Positions 29,378-42,669 of a stretch of DNA of 64,000 nt are shown in pieces. Position 1 is the first letter of the stretch, and every line of letters begins with the position of its first letter. This DNA comes from Gammaproteobacteria bacterium (GTDB taxonomy: Bacteria > Pseudomonadota > Gammaproteobacteria > UBA4575), in assembly GCA_041576975.1 (NCBI GenBank), contig JBFGJY010000003.1, forward strand, positions 997-64,996, given 5' to 3'. A program made the translations under genes and the position numbers. Below the pieces are notes generated by a model, which saw nothing but the letters and a program-made list of their open reading frames with translations, was not told where the DNA came from and ran no database searches.

Positions 29378-29773
29378 CTATTGTCTTTTCTGTATGTAAC
29401 CATGCCCTAGCTCCACGATTTCACGCAGGATGCCATTCTCAAAATGTAAACGTCGCATTAATCGATGTGGCCCAAAGTTATATACCCACTCTTCTACAAT
29501 AATTTCTACCTGTATGCTTCGGTTTATTGCAGCGTAGTTAGCTCTATTATCAAAATGCGGATAATTTAGTTTTGTTAACGAATAGTGTCCGGGATATAGT
29601 ATCCGCCGTTCTCGCAAAATCGTGTAAGTATCAATTGCTACTGGGTCCCCACATCTAACTCGAACTTCTTCTATGTAATCACCTTCGGATACGAGCTTAT
29701 GGCCACAGCGAAGAGCAAGGGCAGGTTCAACGATACCAAGTAATAAAAATAAACCTATGAATGTACGTGTCAT
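29378..29773 (-). CDS. small periplasmic protein, DUF2845-like
   Basis: Signal peptide followed by …LRCGHKLVSEGDYIEEVRVRCGDPV…. The family call is from memory. Confidence 0.5.
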   Translation of the reverse strand: MTRTFIGLFLLLGIVEPALALRCGHKLVSEGDYIEEVRVRCGDPVAIDTYTILRERRILYPGHYSLTKLNYPHFDNRANYAAINRSIQVEIIVEEWVYNFGPHRLMRRLHFENGILREIVELGHGYIQKRQ

Positions 29774-29938
29774 AACATTAACACCTAAATTTTATCTTCT
29801 ATGTTCAATATTATATGAACACTTTGAGTCAATGGTCCTCATTATAAATAGTCTTCATTGAACTCGGAAAATTCCATTAATAACTCACATTCTATGTAGG
29901 TTTTTGAGGTAAAAGTTTCTTATGTTTGATAAATTATG

Positions 29939-29971
29939 CGAATGTCTGTTTTGGCTCGTTAGCGGTCATTG
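29939..29971 (+). repeat. REP-like palindromic element, copy 4 (CGAATGTCTGTTTTGGCTCGTTAGCGGTCATTG)
   Basis: Same architecture as the other copies. Intergenic. Confidence 0.6.
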
Positions 29972-30499
29972 ATAACTTCCCCATAAACCCATAGATCTAC
30001 TAAATCTGATACTTACAATAATACCTAAACGAACACCTTACTGTTATGGCATGAAGGCCAAGGTTACCATATGACACAGTTATGGATAAATCAGCAGATC
30101 ATTACGAGTTGTGAGAAGCTACCTAGAAGGTGTGGAAGCAAGGTCAACAGGGGTCAAAAATAGAGAATGAGAGTTGTTGGAGAGAGAGGTTCACTATCTG
30201 GCGATCCCGCTGTCTTAGAATCCTTGCTTCCGTAGACCGGTAATTTTGCGTCCCTATCTTTCAATAGGTTTGCCGTTTTTTCAGTAGTATTAACTCCAAA
30301 TTAATTAGTTAACATGATTAGTCTAGGTGTAATTTTGTCTGAAAAGTTTGAATTCAATCACACTTCCTTTTCGCATTTTACAAACTATTGATTCAACCAA
30401 GTTAATTTATTTCACTTTAACTCAGTGACTTACTTGAAAACGAATAACAAGCGGTAGGTATTATCTGATGATCTGAAAGAATCATTTTTAAATTGCATA

Positions 30500-31084
30500 T
30501 CAATGAATGATTTCCAGAAATTCCAAAATTTCATCCGCCGTAGCTCTGCCATAGTGCGAGTCACTTACTTTTGCATATTGAATGTAGCCCTTGTGATCAA
30601 TTACAAATGCAGCAGGATATGCAGTTTCTTTTGGTACATTCCATCTTAAACCTAATAAATTCGTAATGGCATAGTCATTGTCAATAACAAAAATAAAATT
30701 GTTAGGTAAGTCTTCTTTCTCTTCAAGAGGACTAGTGAACTCTTTAGCTTTTTTGTCAAGATCTTTGACTTTACCGGGGTATATAAAAACAACGGGTGTG
30801 TTTTTTTGTTTTTCAAATTCTTCTGCTTTGGCAATGTAACCTGCCACTTGAGTAGAACACACAGGACACTGATAACCTGGGAAGCCGCGTAACATAATCA
30901 GTACTACTGTGCCCTTTTCTATGTACTTGGAAAGTTGAAAAGGAGCTCCATTCATTGTAATCCCAGAAAAATCCGTAATCTTAGACCCTTCCTTTGGACC
31001 CACAGCTATTTTTTCTGCCAAAACCTGTGCAAAAGAAAGGATTGTGATAATAGTTATGATTAATAACTTAAATATATTTTTCAT
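30500..31084 (-). CDS. secreted thioredoxin-fold redoxin/peroxiredoxin (AhpC/TSA family)
   Basis: Signal peptide. Active-site region FPGYQCPVCSTQ (CxxC) in a thioredoxin-like context. Confidence 0.65.
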   Translation of the reverse strand: MKNIFKLLIITIITILSFAQVLAEKIAVGPKEGSKITDFSGITMNGAPFQLSKYIEKGTVVLIMLRGFPGYQCPVCSTQVAGYIAKAEEFEKQKNTPVVFIYPGKVKDLDKKAKEFTSPLEEKEDLPNNFIFVIDNDYAITNLLGLRWNVPKETAYPAAFVIDHKGYIQYAKVSDSHYGRATADEILEFLEIIH

Positions 31085-31351
31085 AAGTTTTCTTTAAATA
31101 GTGAATTCTAAAAATTAGAAAATGACAGTTATACAAAGTTTCATTATTAAATAGATTTCGTAACATCCAATGAGATCAGCCATGTGAAATTAATTTTGCA
31201 TTAATGATGTTTAACTTATAGAGCATGTCGCATAGTTTAAACGGCTTTAGTGCGGCTCCTCAACAACATTATTCTGCGATGCATTTCCTGAGCATAATTA
31301 CTTCATAAAAACGTTCTGTAAGTTTTTAGCGATTAATTAATGAGTGAACGA

Positions 31352-31771
31352 TTAAATTTTCTTTTCCATTCTGACATGTTCGATTTTAGCTTCATAGAAT
31401 CGCTCACCAATTATTTGATACCCTAAATTTTCATATAACGAGACAACTGAGAGTTGTGCATGGCACCATGTTTTACTAAATGAATGGTTTCTTGCAATTT
31501 CATGGATATTCTCCATTAAGGCTGTACCAATGCCCTGTCTGCGTTTCGAAGCAATAACCGCGAGTCTTCCTACCTTACCTAACTTTTCTATGTCTAGACG
31601 GCATGTGCCGACAGCATCGTCAGAATCAAATGCAAGCAGATGAACACAAAATGGATCACGATCATCCATTTCTAGGTCTTCTGGTACGTGTTGCTCGTTT
31701 ACAAATACGTCGAATCTAATTTTAGTAATTTCTAAACGATCTGATTCGAAATCGGCTTGGCGAATATACAT
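31352..31771 (-). CDS. GNAT-family N-acetyltransferase
   Basis: Acetyl-CoA binding motif …RRQGIGTALMENIHEIA… and …LYENLGYQIIGE…. Confidence 0.8.
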   Translation of the reverse strand: MYIRQADFESDRLEITKIRFDVFVNEQHVPEDLEMDDRDPFCVHLLAFDSDDAVGTCRLDIEKLGKVGRLAVIASKRRQGIGTALMENIHEIARNHSFSKTWCHAQLSVVSLYENLGYQIIGERFYEAKIEHVRMEKKI

Positions 31772-31823
31772 CCGCTAGCATACCCCATGAAATTAATAGT
31801 GGTAAAGCGGTGTTGGAACATGG

Positions 31824-31857
31824 ATAAAAAAGCCCGACATGTTTTTAGCGGGGCTTA
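31824..31857 (-). terminator. rho-independent terminator on the minus strand, downstream of glmS
   Basis: The minus strand reads AAGCCCCGCTAAAAACATGTCGGGCTTTTTT, a GC-rich stem followed by a T6 run. Confidence 0.6.
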
Positions 31858-32151
31858 ACTATCACTAATAGCTAACGAGAAGCAAAGCCGGAAGTAAGGG
31901 GGAATATCCAACTTCGGATACTGGCAGGTAAGGAAGCCCACAGTAATTGTTTATTGGCCAAGTGGATAGTTTTTTTGAATCTTATCCGCCAGTTAAAACA
32001 ATACTGGCTAATTTGTTCCTCATGAGTACGTAGATTTAATGAATATTATATGAAATCTAGAGCACTCTACATTGCAATAAAATTTAGGCTGATTTTTTTT
32101 ACTATATCTATATTTCTTGTATAACCTTCAAGGTATTTGTCATAGCTTTGT

Positions 32152-33981
32152 TTATTCAACAGTAACGGATTTGGCTAAATTGCGTGGTTGGTCGACGTCG
32201 GTGTTTTTCAAAATGGCAACGTGATAGGCAAGTAGTTGTAATGGAACAGTAAAGATTATTGGTGCTACAGCGTTTTCGGGTGCATCGACTTCTATCACAA
32301 TGGTGTCAGGTTCTGAAACAAATCCAGAGCTGACATCTGCAAACACATGCAGTACGCCGCCACGTGAACGAACTTCTTCTAGATTGGATTTTAGCTTCTC
32401 TAGTAATTCATCATTGGGTGCCACAGCAATGACAGGAATTTTGTCATCTACAAGTGCAATGGGTCCGTGTTTTAATTCGCCAGCAGGGTAGGCTTCGGCG
32501 TGAATATAAGTAATTTCTTTTAGTTTTAACGCACCCTCCATCGCCACCGGATGATGAATACCACGGCCTAAAAACAACGCGTGCTGTTTATCGCCATAGT
32601 GTTTCGCTAATTTTTTGATCTTGGCATCTAGTTCTAATACTTTGTTAATTCGGGTTGGAAGGTTTGTAAGTTGCTCAACTAATATTTTTTCAAGCTCTCC
32701 GTGTAAACTATGACGACGACCCGCAGTAATCACAAGCAACAATAATGCTACAAGTTGAGTGGTAAAGGCCTTGGTGGAGGCTACTCCAATTTCAGGTCCA
32801 GCATGGGTCATTAACACGAGATCCGATTCACGAACTAATGAGCTTTCCGGAACATTACAAATAACCAGTAAGCCTATGTAGGATTCTTGTTTAGCTTGTT
32901 GCAGGGCCGCTAGCGTATCTGCGGTTTCACCAGACTGTGAAATGGCTACAAACAAAGTCCCAGGCTGGACTACATGTTTGCGATAACGAAATTCACTGGC
33001 GACATCCACAAAACAAGGAATGCCAGCAAGTTCTTCAAACCAAAACTTAGCAATGAGCCCGGCATGGTAACTGGTACCACAAGCGATAATTTGTATGACT
33101 TTTGTTTGATCTAAAATTTCTTTTGCTTTGGGACCAAGAATTTGTTCGGCAACATGGCCATAGATTAATCTTCCCTCAAGTGTGTCAGCGATGGCTTGTG
33201 GTTGCTCATAAATTTCTTTTAGCATGTAGTGTGGGTAACCACCTTTATTTGCAGCATCAGAAGATAGTTTGCTAATTTTTGAAGCACGCTCTACTACGGC
33301 ACCCGTATGATCAAATATTTTTATTGCATCACGTGTGATTTGTGCAATATCGCCATTCTCTAAAAATATAAATTTATGAGTTTCTTTTAATAAAGCCTGT
33401 ACATCTGAGGCAATAAAGTTTTCCTTCTCGCCGATGCCAATCACTAATGGGCTTCCGCTACGTGCAGCAATTAATTTTTCTGGGTCATTTTTATCAATCA
33501 CGCCCAGTGCATAAGCACCTTTTAAATCTTTTATGGTTTTGCTTACAGCTTCAAAAAGATTGTTATCTTGATCTAAATAGAAAACGATTTGATGTGCAAT
33601 TACCTCAGTATCGGTATCTGAAGTAAAGCTAAAACCTTGCTTAGTTTGTTGTGCTTTAAGTTCTTCGAAATTTTCAATAATACCATTATGAACAATTGCA
33701 ACTCGGTTATTACATATATGCGGATGTGCGTTGCTTTCTGCTGGTTCCCCATGCGTGGCCCAACGAGTATGTGCAATACCCAGGTCTCCTGCAAGCGCAG
33801 ATTCGTCTAGAGCATTACTTAATTCACTTACTTTGCCTGTCTTACGTATCCGTTTTAAATCTCCATTTGTAAGCACAGCCATGCCTGCAGAATCATAGCC
33901 TCGGTATTCCAGGCGACGCAGACCTTCTAATAAAATGTGTGATACATCTCTATTTGCAATTGCGCCAACTATTCCACACAT
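32152..33981 (-). CDS. glmS: glutamine--fructose-6-phosphate aminotransferase
   Basis: MCGIVGAI… with an N-terminal nucleophile Cys. 609 aa. Two SIS domains, and it ends …KSVTVE. Confidence 0.95.
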   Translation of the reverse strand: MCGIVGAIANRDVSHILLEGLRRLEYRGYDSAGMAVLTNGDLKRIRKTGKVSELSNALDESALAGDLGIAHTRWATHGEPAESNAHPHICNNRVAIVHNGIIENFEELKAQQTKQGFSFTSDTDTEVIAHQIVFYLDQDNNLFEAVSKTIKDLKGAYALGVIDKNDPEKLIAARSGSPLVIGIGEKENFIASDVQALLKETHKFIFLENGDIAQITRDAIKIFDHTGAVVERASKISKLSSDAANKGGYPHYMLKEIYEQPQAIADTLEGRLIYGHVAEQILGPKAKEILDQTKVIQIIACGTSYHAGLIAKFWFEELAGIPCFVDVASEFRYRKHVVQPGTLFVAISQSGETADTLAALQQAKQESYIGLLVICNVPESSLVRESDLVLMTHAGPEIGVASTKAFTTQLVALLLLVITAGRRHSLHGELEKILVEQLTNLPTRINKVLELDAKIKKLAKHYGDKQHALFLGRGIHHPVAMEGALKLKEITYIHAEAYPAGELKHGPIALVDDKIPVIAVAPNDELLEKLKSNLEEVRSRGGVLHVFADVSSGFVSEPDTIVIEVDAPENAVAPIIFTVPLQLLAYHVAILKNTDVDQPRNLAKSVTVE

Positions 33982-33982
33982 A

Positions 33983-35356
33983 CTATCTTTTCTTTTTTAC
34001 TTTTTTAGGACGTTGCCAGTTTTCTACAGTGACTTGTTTGCTACGTGCTAGTGTAAGTTTTTCTTTGGGCGAATCTTTGGTTATGGTCGATCCTGCGCCA
34101 ATGGTAGCGCCATCACCGATTGTGACGGGTGCTACAAATTGTGTGTCTGAGCCAACAAATACGTTATCACCAATGATGGTGCGATGTTTGTTAGCCCCGT
34201 CATAATTACAAGTAATCGTGCCAGCACCAATATTGACATCTGTGCCTAGGTCGCTATCCCCAATATAGCTTAAGTGATTAATTTTACTGCCCGTTTTAAT
34301 ATTGGAATTTTTAATTTCAACAAAGTTGCCGGCTTTGACATTTTCACCGAGCTTTGTATCTGGTCGAATGCGTGCAAATGGCCCTAATTCGCAGTTACGC
34401 CCGATCAAAGCATTTTCAATGTGGCAGTTTGCATGAATGCAAGTGCCTGCTTCAATAATTGTATTAATTATCACGGCATTAGCACCTACCTTAACACCAT
34501 CACCGAGGTGGTTATTACCTACAAATACTGTATTCACATCAATTTCTATATCTTTACCAATTTGTAGTTCCCCGCGCACATCAATTCGATTTGGGTCCAT
34601 TAGTGTTGCGCCATTATTCATTAATTGCTCCGCAATGCGGCGTTGATAAATTCGTTCTACTTCTGCAAGTTGAGATTTATTATTGATTCCAAGTACTTCA
34701 TTAGAGTTATCACAGACGATAGCTTCAACTTTACATTGATCCTTCACTGCTAGCCCAATGCAATCGGTTAAGTAATATTCCTGTTGTGCATTGTCATTAT
34801 TAATTTGTGCGAGCCATTCTTTTAACAAATTCGAACGCGTTGCAAGAATTCCTGTGTTGATCTCATTAATAGCCAGCGTTTTACTGTCAGCATCTTTTTG
34901 CTCCACGATACACTGCACCTTGTGTTGTGCATCGCGCACGATACGTCCATACCCAGTCGGGTCATTTAACTTTGCAGACAATATAACAAGTTGATGTTGT
35001 ATTAATTGTTCAATGAGTGGCTGTAACGTTACAGATGCTAATAGCGGCACATCCCCATATAGAATCAGAACATTTTGATCGTCATCTAAATTTGGCAATA
35101 CTTGTTGAACTGCATGGCCGGTGCCCAATTGTTCACTTTGAAGGCACCAATTTATGGAATCATCATCAATCACCGCTTTAACACGATCAGCTCCATGCCC
35201 GATCACCACATGGATCGCTTCTGGGGATAAACTTTGTGCGCACTTTATTACATGAGCCAACATCGGTTTGCCTGCTACTTTATGCATAACCTTTGGCAGA
35301 TCACTATGCATACGTTTGCCCTGGCCTGCAGCAAGAATGACGATGTGTAACCCCAT
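33983..35356 (-). CDS. glmU: bifunctional UDP-GlcNAc pyrophosphorylase / GlcN-1-P acetyltransferase
   Basis: N-terminal ILAAGQGKRM and C-terminal left-handed β-helix hexapeptide repeats. 457 aa. Adjacent to glmS. Confidence 0.95.
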   Translation of the reverse strand: MGLHIVILAAGQGKRMHSDLPKVMHKVAGKPMLAHVIKCAQSLSPEAIHVVIGHGADRVKAVIDDDSINWCLQSEQLGTGHAVQQVLPNLDDDQNVLILYGDVPLLASVTLQPLIEQLIQHQLVILSAKLNDPTGYGRIVRDAQHKVQCIVEQKDADSKTLAINEINTGILATRSNLLKEWLAQINNDNAQQEYYLTDCIGLAVKDQCKVEAIVCDNSNEVLGINNKSQLAEVERIYQRRIAEQLMNNGATLMDPNRIDVRGELQIGKDIEIDVNTVFVGNNHLGDGVKVGANAVIINTIIEAGTCIHANCHIENALIGRNCELGPFARIRPDTKLGENVKAGNFVEIKNSNIKTGSKINHLSYIGDSDLGTDVNIGAGTITCNYDGANKHRTIIGDNVFVGSDTQFVAPVTIGDGATIGAGSTITKDSPKEKLTLARSKQVTVENWQRPKKVKKKR

Positions 35357-35525
35357 TGTATTTATTTAACGCTATTCGAATTCAAAGACTGTAACTGTGT
35401 TGGATCCATACATTGTGTAACAAGAGCTAGTATCAAGATAGCTTCTCATGCTTCGGGATTCACCGAATGGATAAGTAAAGTTGTCGGTGGAAAGTGCTAG
35501 TACGTATCAGCAGCAATAAGAGCGA

Positions 35526-35948
35526 TTATCTTTTTAGTTTGCGCAATCTCTCGATCATACGAAGTTGCTCGGCGGCTCTAACAAGTTCAGCTTGTGCCTT
35601 GGCCGCATCAAAGTCGCCTTTTTGGTCTTTTAGGGCATCTTCAGCACGCTGTTTAGCTTCCAAGGCCTTGGCTTCATCAAGATCTTCGGCGCGGATAGCC
35701 GTATCTGAAAGCACTGTCACGACATGAGGTTGGACCTCCAGAATACCGCCGGATACATAGAGATATTGATCTTCATGGCCTTCAATTTCGATTTTCAATT
35801 CACCTGGTCGAAGGCTGGTGACCAAAGGGGTGTGACGTGGGTAAATGCCGACATCACCCATCACTGCAGGTGCAAACACAGCAGAGATAGTGCCGGAAAA
35901 AAGTTCTTTTTCCGCACTCACTACATCTAGATGAATCGTCATGGCCAT
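35526..35948 (-). CDS. atpC: F0F1 ATP synthase subunit epsilon
   Basis: 140 aa. [19 protein letters not shown]…, and its position at the end of the atp operon. Confidence 0.9.
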   Translation of the reverse strand: MAMTIHLDVVSAEKELFSGTISAVFAPAVMGDVGIYPRHTPLVTSLRPGELKIEIEGHEDQYLYVSGGILEVQPHVVTVLSDTAIRAEDLDEAKALEAKQRAEDALKDQKGDFDAAKAQAELVRAAEQLRMIERLRKLKR

Positions 35949-35957
35949 ACCTCCTCC

Positions 35958-37346
<1,389 letters not shown>

Positions 37347-37377
37347 TTACTATGTAAATTAACTATTAAATCAATTA

Positions 37378-38241
37378 TTAAACGGCAGCAGCACCGCCAA
37401 CGATCTCAGAAATTTCTTGTGTAATGGCTGCCTGTCGCGCTTTGTTATAAGCAAGCTGCAATTCTGAAATAAGTTCACCGGCATTGTCTGTAGCACTTTT
37501 CATCGCAATCATTCTTGCTGCCATTTCACATGCAACATTTTCTACCACTGCTTGGTAGACAATGGACTCAATATAGCGTGTCAATAAGCCATCCAATACC
37601 GTTTTTGCATCAGGCTCGTAGATGTAGTCCCAGTGATGTTTCAATTCTTCATTTTCTTCAGAAACCAATGGTAACAATGTCGATACTTTTGGCTTTTGCG
37701 TCATGGTATTTACAAATTCATTCTCAACCAAAAACAAACGATCGATATTGCCATCTGTATAAGCGTCTAGCATCGCTTTTACCGTACCAATCAATTCATT
37801 GATATGAATCGTGTCTCCAAGATGTGAAACTTGAGAAACAATATTACTGGAAAACCTTTTGAAGAATTGTGTTCCCTTTGCGCCGATTATACATAAATCA
37901 ATTTCTATATTTTGTTTCTGCCACTCTTGCATGGCTCTTAATGCTGCTTTAAACGCATTGATGTTCAAACCACCGCATAATCCTCTATCAGTAGAAACGA
38001 TAATGAAACCCACGCGCTTCACCTCTGGGTGTTCGATTAAAAATGGATGATGATATTCTGCGCTGGCATTGGCGAGGTGACCAATTACATTAAGCATTTT
38101 CTGTGAATACGGCCGAGTCGCCTTCATGCGATCTTGGGCTTTACGCATTTTACTTGCCGCCACCATTTCCATTGCCTTGGTGATCTTCTGAGTATTTTTA
38201 ATACTCGCAATCTGTGTACGTATTTCTTTTTCGCCAGCCAT
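37378..38241 (-). CDS. atpG: F0F1 ATP synthase subunit gamma
   Basis: 287 aa. [36 protein letters not shown]. Confidence 0.95.
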   Translation of the reverse strand: MAGEKEIRTQIASIKNTQKITKAMEMVAASKMRKAQDRMKATRPYSQKMLNVIGHLANASAEYHHPFLIEHPEVKRVGFIIVSTDRGLCGGLNINAFKAALRAMQEWQKQNIEIDLCIIGAKGTQFFKRFSSNIVSQVSHLGDTIHINELIGTVKAMLDAYTDGNIDRLFLVENEFVNTMTQKPKVSTLLPLVSEENEELKHHWDYIYEPDAKTVLDGLLTRYIESIVYQAVVENVACEMAARMIAMKSATDNAGELISELQLAYNKARQAAITQEISEIVGGAAAV

Positions 38242-38253
38242 TACGCTATTGCT

Positions 38254-39795
38254 CTACCAAGTTCCCTTAGCTTTAAAGTCTTCAATCGCTTTGCGAAGCG
38301 CGGCCTCAACATCGTCGTCATAATCGCCTGTACTATTGATTTTGTCTAACAGGTCTTTGTATTGCGAGCGCATAAAGTCATGCATAGCGTGTTCAAACTG
38401 TACAACTATGCCCACTTCAACATCATCAACATAGCCCTGATCCACAGCGAATAAAGACACGGCCATCTCTGCAATAGTTAAAGGTTTGTATTGGGGTTGT
38501 TTCATTAATTCCATCACACGCTCACCGCGTTCTAGCTGCTTTCGGGTTTGTTCATCAAGGTCCGAGGCGAACTGCGAAAACGCAGCTAGCTCACGATACT
38601 GCGCTAACGCCAAACGAACACCGCCGCCAAGCTTTTTAATGATTTTAGTTTGTGCGGCACCACCAACCCGTGATACGGATAGACCTGCATTAATTGCAGG
38701 GCGGAATCCTGCGTTAAACAAATCACTTTCTAAAAAGATTTGTCCATCAGTAATGGAAATCACATTGGTGGGCACAAACGCCGAAACGTCACCGGCTTGT
38801 GTTTCAATAATCGGTAACGCCGTAAGCGAACCGGTCTGACCTTTTACTTCACCATTAGTAAATTGTTCAACATAGTCGACATTTACACGAGAGGCGCGTT
38901 CCAATAATCGTGAGTGCAAATAAAATACATCACCTGGATATGCTTCACGACCTGGCGGACGCCTTAATAACAAAGATACTTGGCGATACGCCCAAGCTTG
39001 TTTGGTTAAGTCGTCATAAATAATAAGTGCGTCTTCGCCACGGTCACGGAAATATTCTCCCATAGCACAACCTGAATAGGGCGCAATGTATTGCATCGCT
39101 GCGGACTCGGATGCACTGGCTGCGACGATGATGGTATGCCCCATCGCGTCATGCTCTTCAAGTTTGCGCACCACGTTCGCTATCGATGAGTTCTTTTGGC
39201 CGATGGCGACGTAGATACATTTAATGCCAGTGCCTTTTTGATTAATGATGGCGTCAATCGCAACGGCGGTTTTACCAGTTTGGCGATCGCCGATTATAAG
39301 TTCGCGTTGCCCACGCCCGATGGGTACCATGGAGTCAATGGATTTCAGTCCAGTTTGTACAGGTTGGCTAACAGATTGGCGTTCGATTACTCCCGGAGCA
39401 ATTTTTTCAATCGGTGAAGCTGTGGCACAATCCACTGGTCCCTTGCCATCTACACCATTGCCCAATGAGTCTACAACGCGGCCCAGCAATTCAGGCCCCA
39501 CTGGTACTTCTAAAATTCTTCCTGTACAAGAAACTTTGTTGCCTTCAGTGATGTGCTTGTAATCGCCAAGCACCACGGCCCCTACGGAGTCACGCTCTAA
39601 GTTCAACGCCATGCCAAAGGTATTCTGCGGAAACTCAAGCATCTCGCCGGCCATAACATCGGCTAAGCCATGAATGCGGACAATGCCGTCGGTCACACCC
39701 ACTACCGTGCCTTCGGTGCGCGCCTCGGCGATTGCTTCAAAATTCTCAATACGTTTTTTAATTAACTCGCTAATTTCAGTTGGGTTAAGTTGCAT
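38254..39795 (-). CDS. atpA: F0F1 ATP synthase subunit alpha
   Basis: 513 aa. Walker A GDRQTGKT. Confidence 0.97.
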   Translation of the reverse strand: MQLNPTEISELIKKRIENFEAIAEARTEGTVVGVTDGIVRIHGLADVMAGEMLEFPQNTFGMALNLERDSVGAVVLGDYKHITEGNKVSCTGRILEVPVGPELLGRVVDSLGNGVDGKGPVDCATASPIEKIAPGVIERQSVSQPVQTGLKSIDSMVPIGRGQRELIIGDRQTGKTAVAIDAIINQKGTGIKCIYVAIGQKNSSIANVVRKLEEHDAMGHTIIVAASASESAAMQYIAPYSGCAMGEYFRDRGEDALIIYDDLTKQAWAYRQVSLLLRRPPGREAYPGDVFYLHSRLLERASRVNVDYVEQFTNGEVKGQTGSLTALPIIETQAGDVSAFVPTNVISITDGQIFLESDLFNAGFRPAINAGLSVSRVGGAAQTKIIKKLGGGVRLALAQYRELAAFSQFASDLDEQTRKQLERGERVMELMKQPQYKPLTIAEMAVSLFAVDQGYVDDVEVGIVVQFEHAMHDFMRSQYKDLLDKINSTGDYDDDVEAALRKAIEDFKAKGTW

Positions 39796-39830
39796 TTTCG
39801 ATTCCTCTTATTTGCCCTTAGCTAAAATAT

Positions 39831-40367
39831 TTAATGTGTGAGGGCTGTGGAAAGCTTATTGAGCCGTCCACGAACGGACCCATCTATTACTAAATCGCCT
39901 GCACGAATAACCGCGCCACCGATGAGTGCTTCATCGATACGCGAAGTAAGGCGCACTTTTTTTCCTAAGCGCTGTGTCAACGATGCAGCAATACTTGTTA
40001 ATTGCGACTCATTGATATCGCTTGCAGAAATTACTTCTGCATCGACTGTGCCTTCTGCATCAGCTCTATAATGTTGATACAGGGCAGCTATTTCAGGCAA
40101 TAGCGTTATGCGATCATTCTCGGCTAATAGCTTAATAAAATTTTTGGCGCGCTTATTTATTTGCTCTTCACAAACAGAGATAAAAAGATCTGCTGTTTGT
40201 TGTTGAGATAGCCTGGGACTATCTAACAATGCACGCATGGTGGGGTCATAGGCTACTGCGGCCATAACGGCTAACATCTCAGTCCATTGTTGTTGTTCAC
40301 TATTTGCCTGTGCAATATCAAATGCGGCGCGTGCGTAAGGTCTAGCTGTTGTAGTGAGTTCGGACAT
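39831..40367 (-). CDS. atpH: F0F1 ATP synthase subunit delta
   Basis: 178 aa. MSELTTTARPYARAAF…. Confidence 0.9.
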   Translation of the reverse strand: MSELTTTARPYARAAFDIAQANSEQQQWTEMLAVMAAVAYDPTMRALLDSPRLSQQQTADLFISVCEEQINKRAKNFIKLLAENDRITLLPEIAALYQHYRADAEGTVDAEVISASDINESQLTSIAASLTQRLGKKVRLTSRIDEALIGGAVIRAGDLVIDGSVRGRLNKLSTALTH

Positions 40368-40387
40368 TTGCCTAGATATCTACTTTG

Positions 40388-40858
40388 TTAAATTTGTGCC
40401 GCCAATTCATTCAATATATCTTGGTGCGTACGCGCATCAATTTCTTTTTTCAAAATACGCTCTGCACCCGCTACCGCAATGGTTGAAACTTGTGTGCGCA
40501 ATTGTTCTTTTGCACGATTTACTTCTTTTTCGACTTCGGCATGTGCGGCCTCTTTAATACGATTGCCTTCCTCGACCGCGACTGATTTTGCATCATCAAC
40601 GATTTCATTTGCGCGCTTTTGCGCTTGATTCAGAATATTAGACGCTTGTTGCTTGGCCTCATGCAATTTTTTTTCGGCATTTTTCTCAGCCAACTCGTGC
40701 TGCTTGAAGCCACGCTCGGCTTCAGCAAGGCCGTCAGCGATTTTCTTTTTGCGTTCGTCCAGTGCCGCCATAATCGGCGGCCATACGAATTTCATGCAAA
40801 ACCAAACAAAAACAATAAACGCAATCGTTTGGCCAAATAATGTGAGGTTAATGTTCAT
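40388..40858 (-). CDS. atpF: F0F1 ATP synthase subunit b
   Basis: 156 aa. N-terminal TM followed by a long charged helix. Confidence 0.9.
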   Translation of the reverse strand: MNINLTLFGQTIAFIVFVWFCMKFVWPPIMAALDERKKKIADGLAEAERGFKQHELAEKNAEKKLHEAKQQASNILNQAQKRANEIVDDAKSVAVEEGNRIKEAAHAEVEKEVNRAKEQLRTQVSTIAVAGAERILKKEIDARTHQDILNELAAQI

Positions 40859-40900
40859 GTTTGAACCTTAAATGTACTTCATTACAAATATGTTTTTGCT

Positions 40901-41158
<258 letters not shown>

Positions 41159-41196
41159 CTATTACAAATTGCATGAAATAAATATTCAGTTGATGG

Positions 41197-42069
<873 letters not shown>

Positions 42070-42474
42070 TTATTGAATTTGTCTAATTGTTCGATTGCTG
42101 GATTTAGGTTTAATTAATGGTACGAGCCACATGCACGACTGTGCTATGAAGTAGGTTATAAATAATGTTAACGGATGAACTTCCTTATAATTTATAAATA
42201 CAAGCGCAAATAACGCTACGGCTAACGTCAATTTGATGAGCTCTGCAATATATATGGACCACAACAAACTATATGGTTCTGCGTTTCGACGTTTAGTAAA
42301 CAATTGACGCGCAAAATATATATTGGGTAAGACACAAATCAGCCCGCCTAAAAATGCAGATAAAGCCAACTCTTGCTTTACTGCAAACAGAACACCAGCT
42401 ATGCAAAGGGTAATCAGCCATTGCGCAGTGTGTATTCGATTTACTAGCGATGGTATTATTAATTTACGAACCAA
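42070..42474 (-). CDS. atpI: ATP synthase protein I
   Basis: 134-aa small membrane protein at the head of the atp operon. Confidence 0.75.
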   Translation of the reverse strand: MVRKLIIPSLVNRIHTAQWLITLCIAGVLFAVKQELALSAFLGGLICVLPNIYFARQLFTKRRNAEPYSLLWSIYIAELIKLTLAVALFALVFINYKEVHPLTLFITYFIAQSCMWLVPLIKPKSSNRTIRQIQ

Positions 42475-42669
42475 ATTAATTTTATTTCTTTTGTCGGTTC
42501 GGACCTACAGCACTATTTCTAGCTGTTCAGGTCATGATTACGCACTCCCTTTAGCCCGCAAATGGTAATTATTATCATCTCCCGCAAGAGACGTGCAGTA
42601 TAAAATTTAGGCCGTAAAATCTCAACAGAATTAATCGTAGATTTATATTTATGCCTCTATAGAATCTAA

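Noticed and set aside
29299-29502. 67-aa plus-strand ORF overlapping the REP-like element and the DUF2845-like gene.
   Set aside because: It spans a palindromic repeat and the 3' end of a better-supported convergent gene.
30652-30834. 60-aa ORF inside the redoxin gene, same strand, different frame.
   Set aside because: An internal out-of-frame ORF, Lys-rich from AT-rich sequence.
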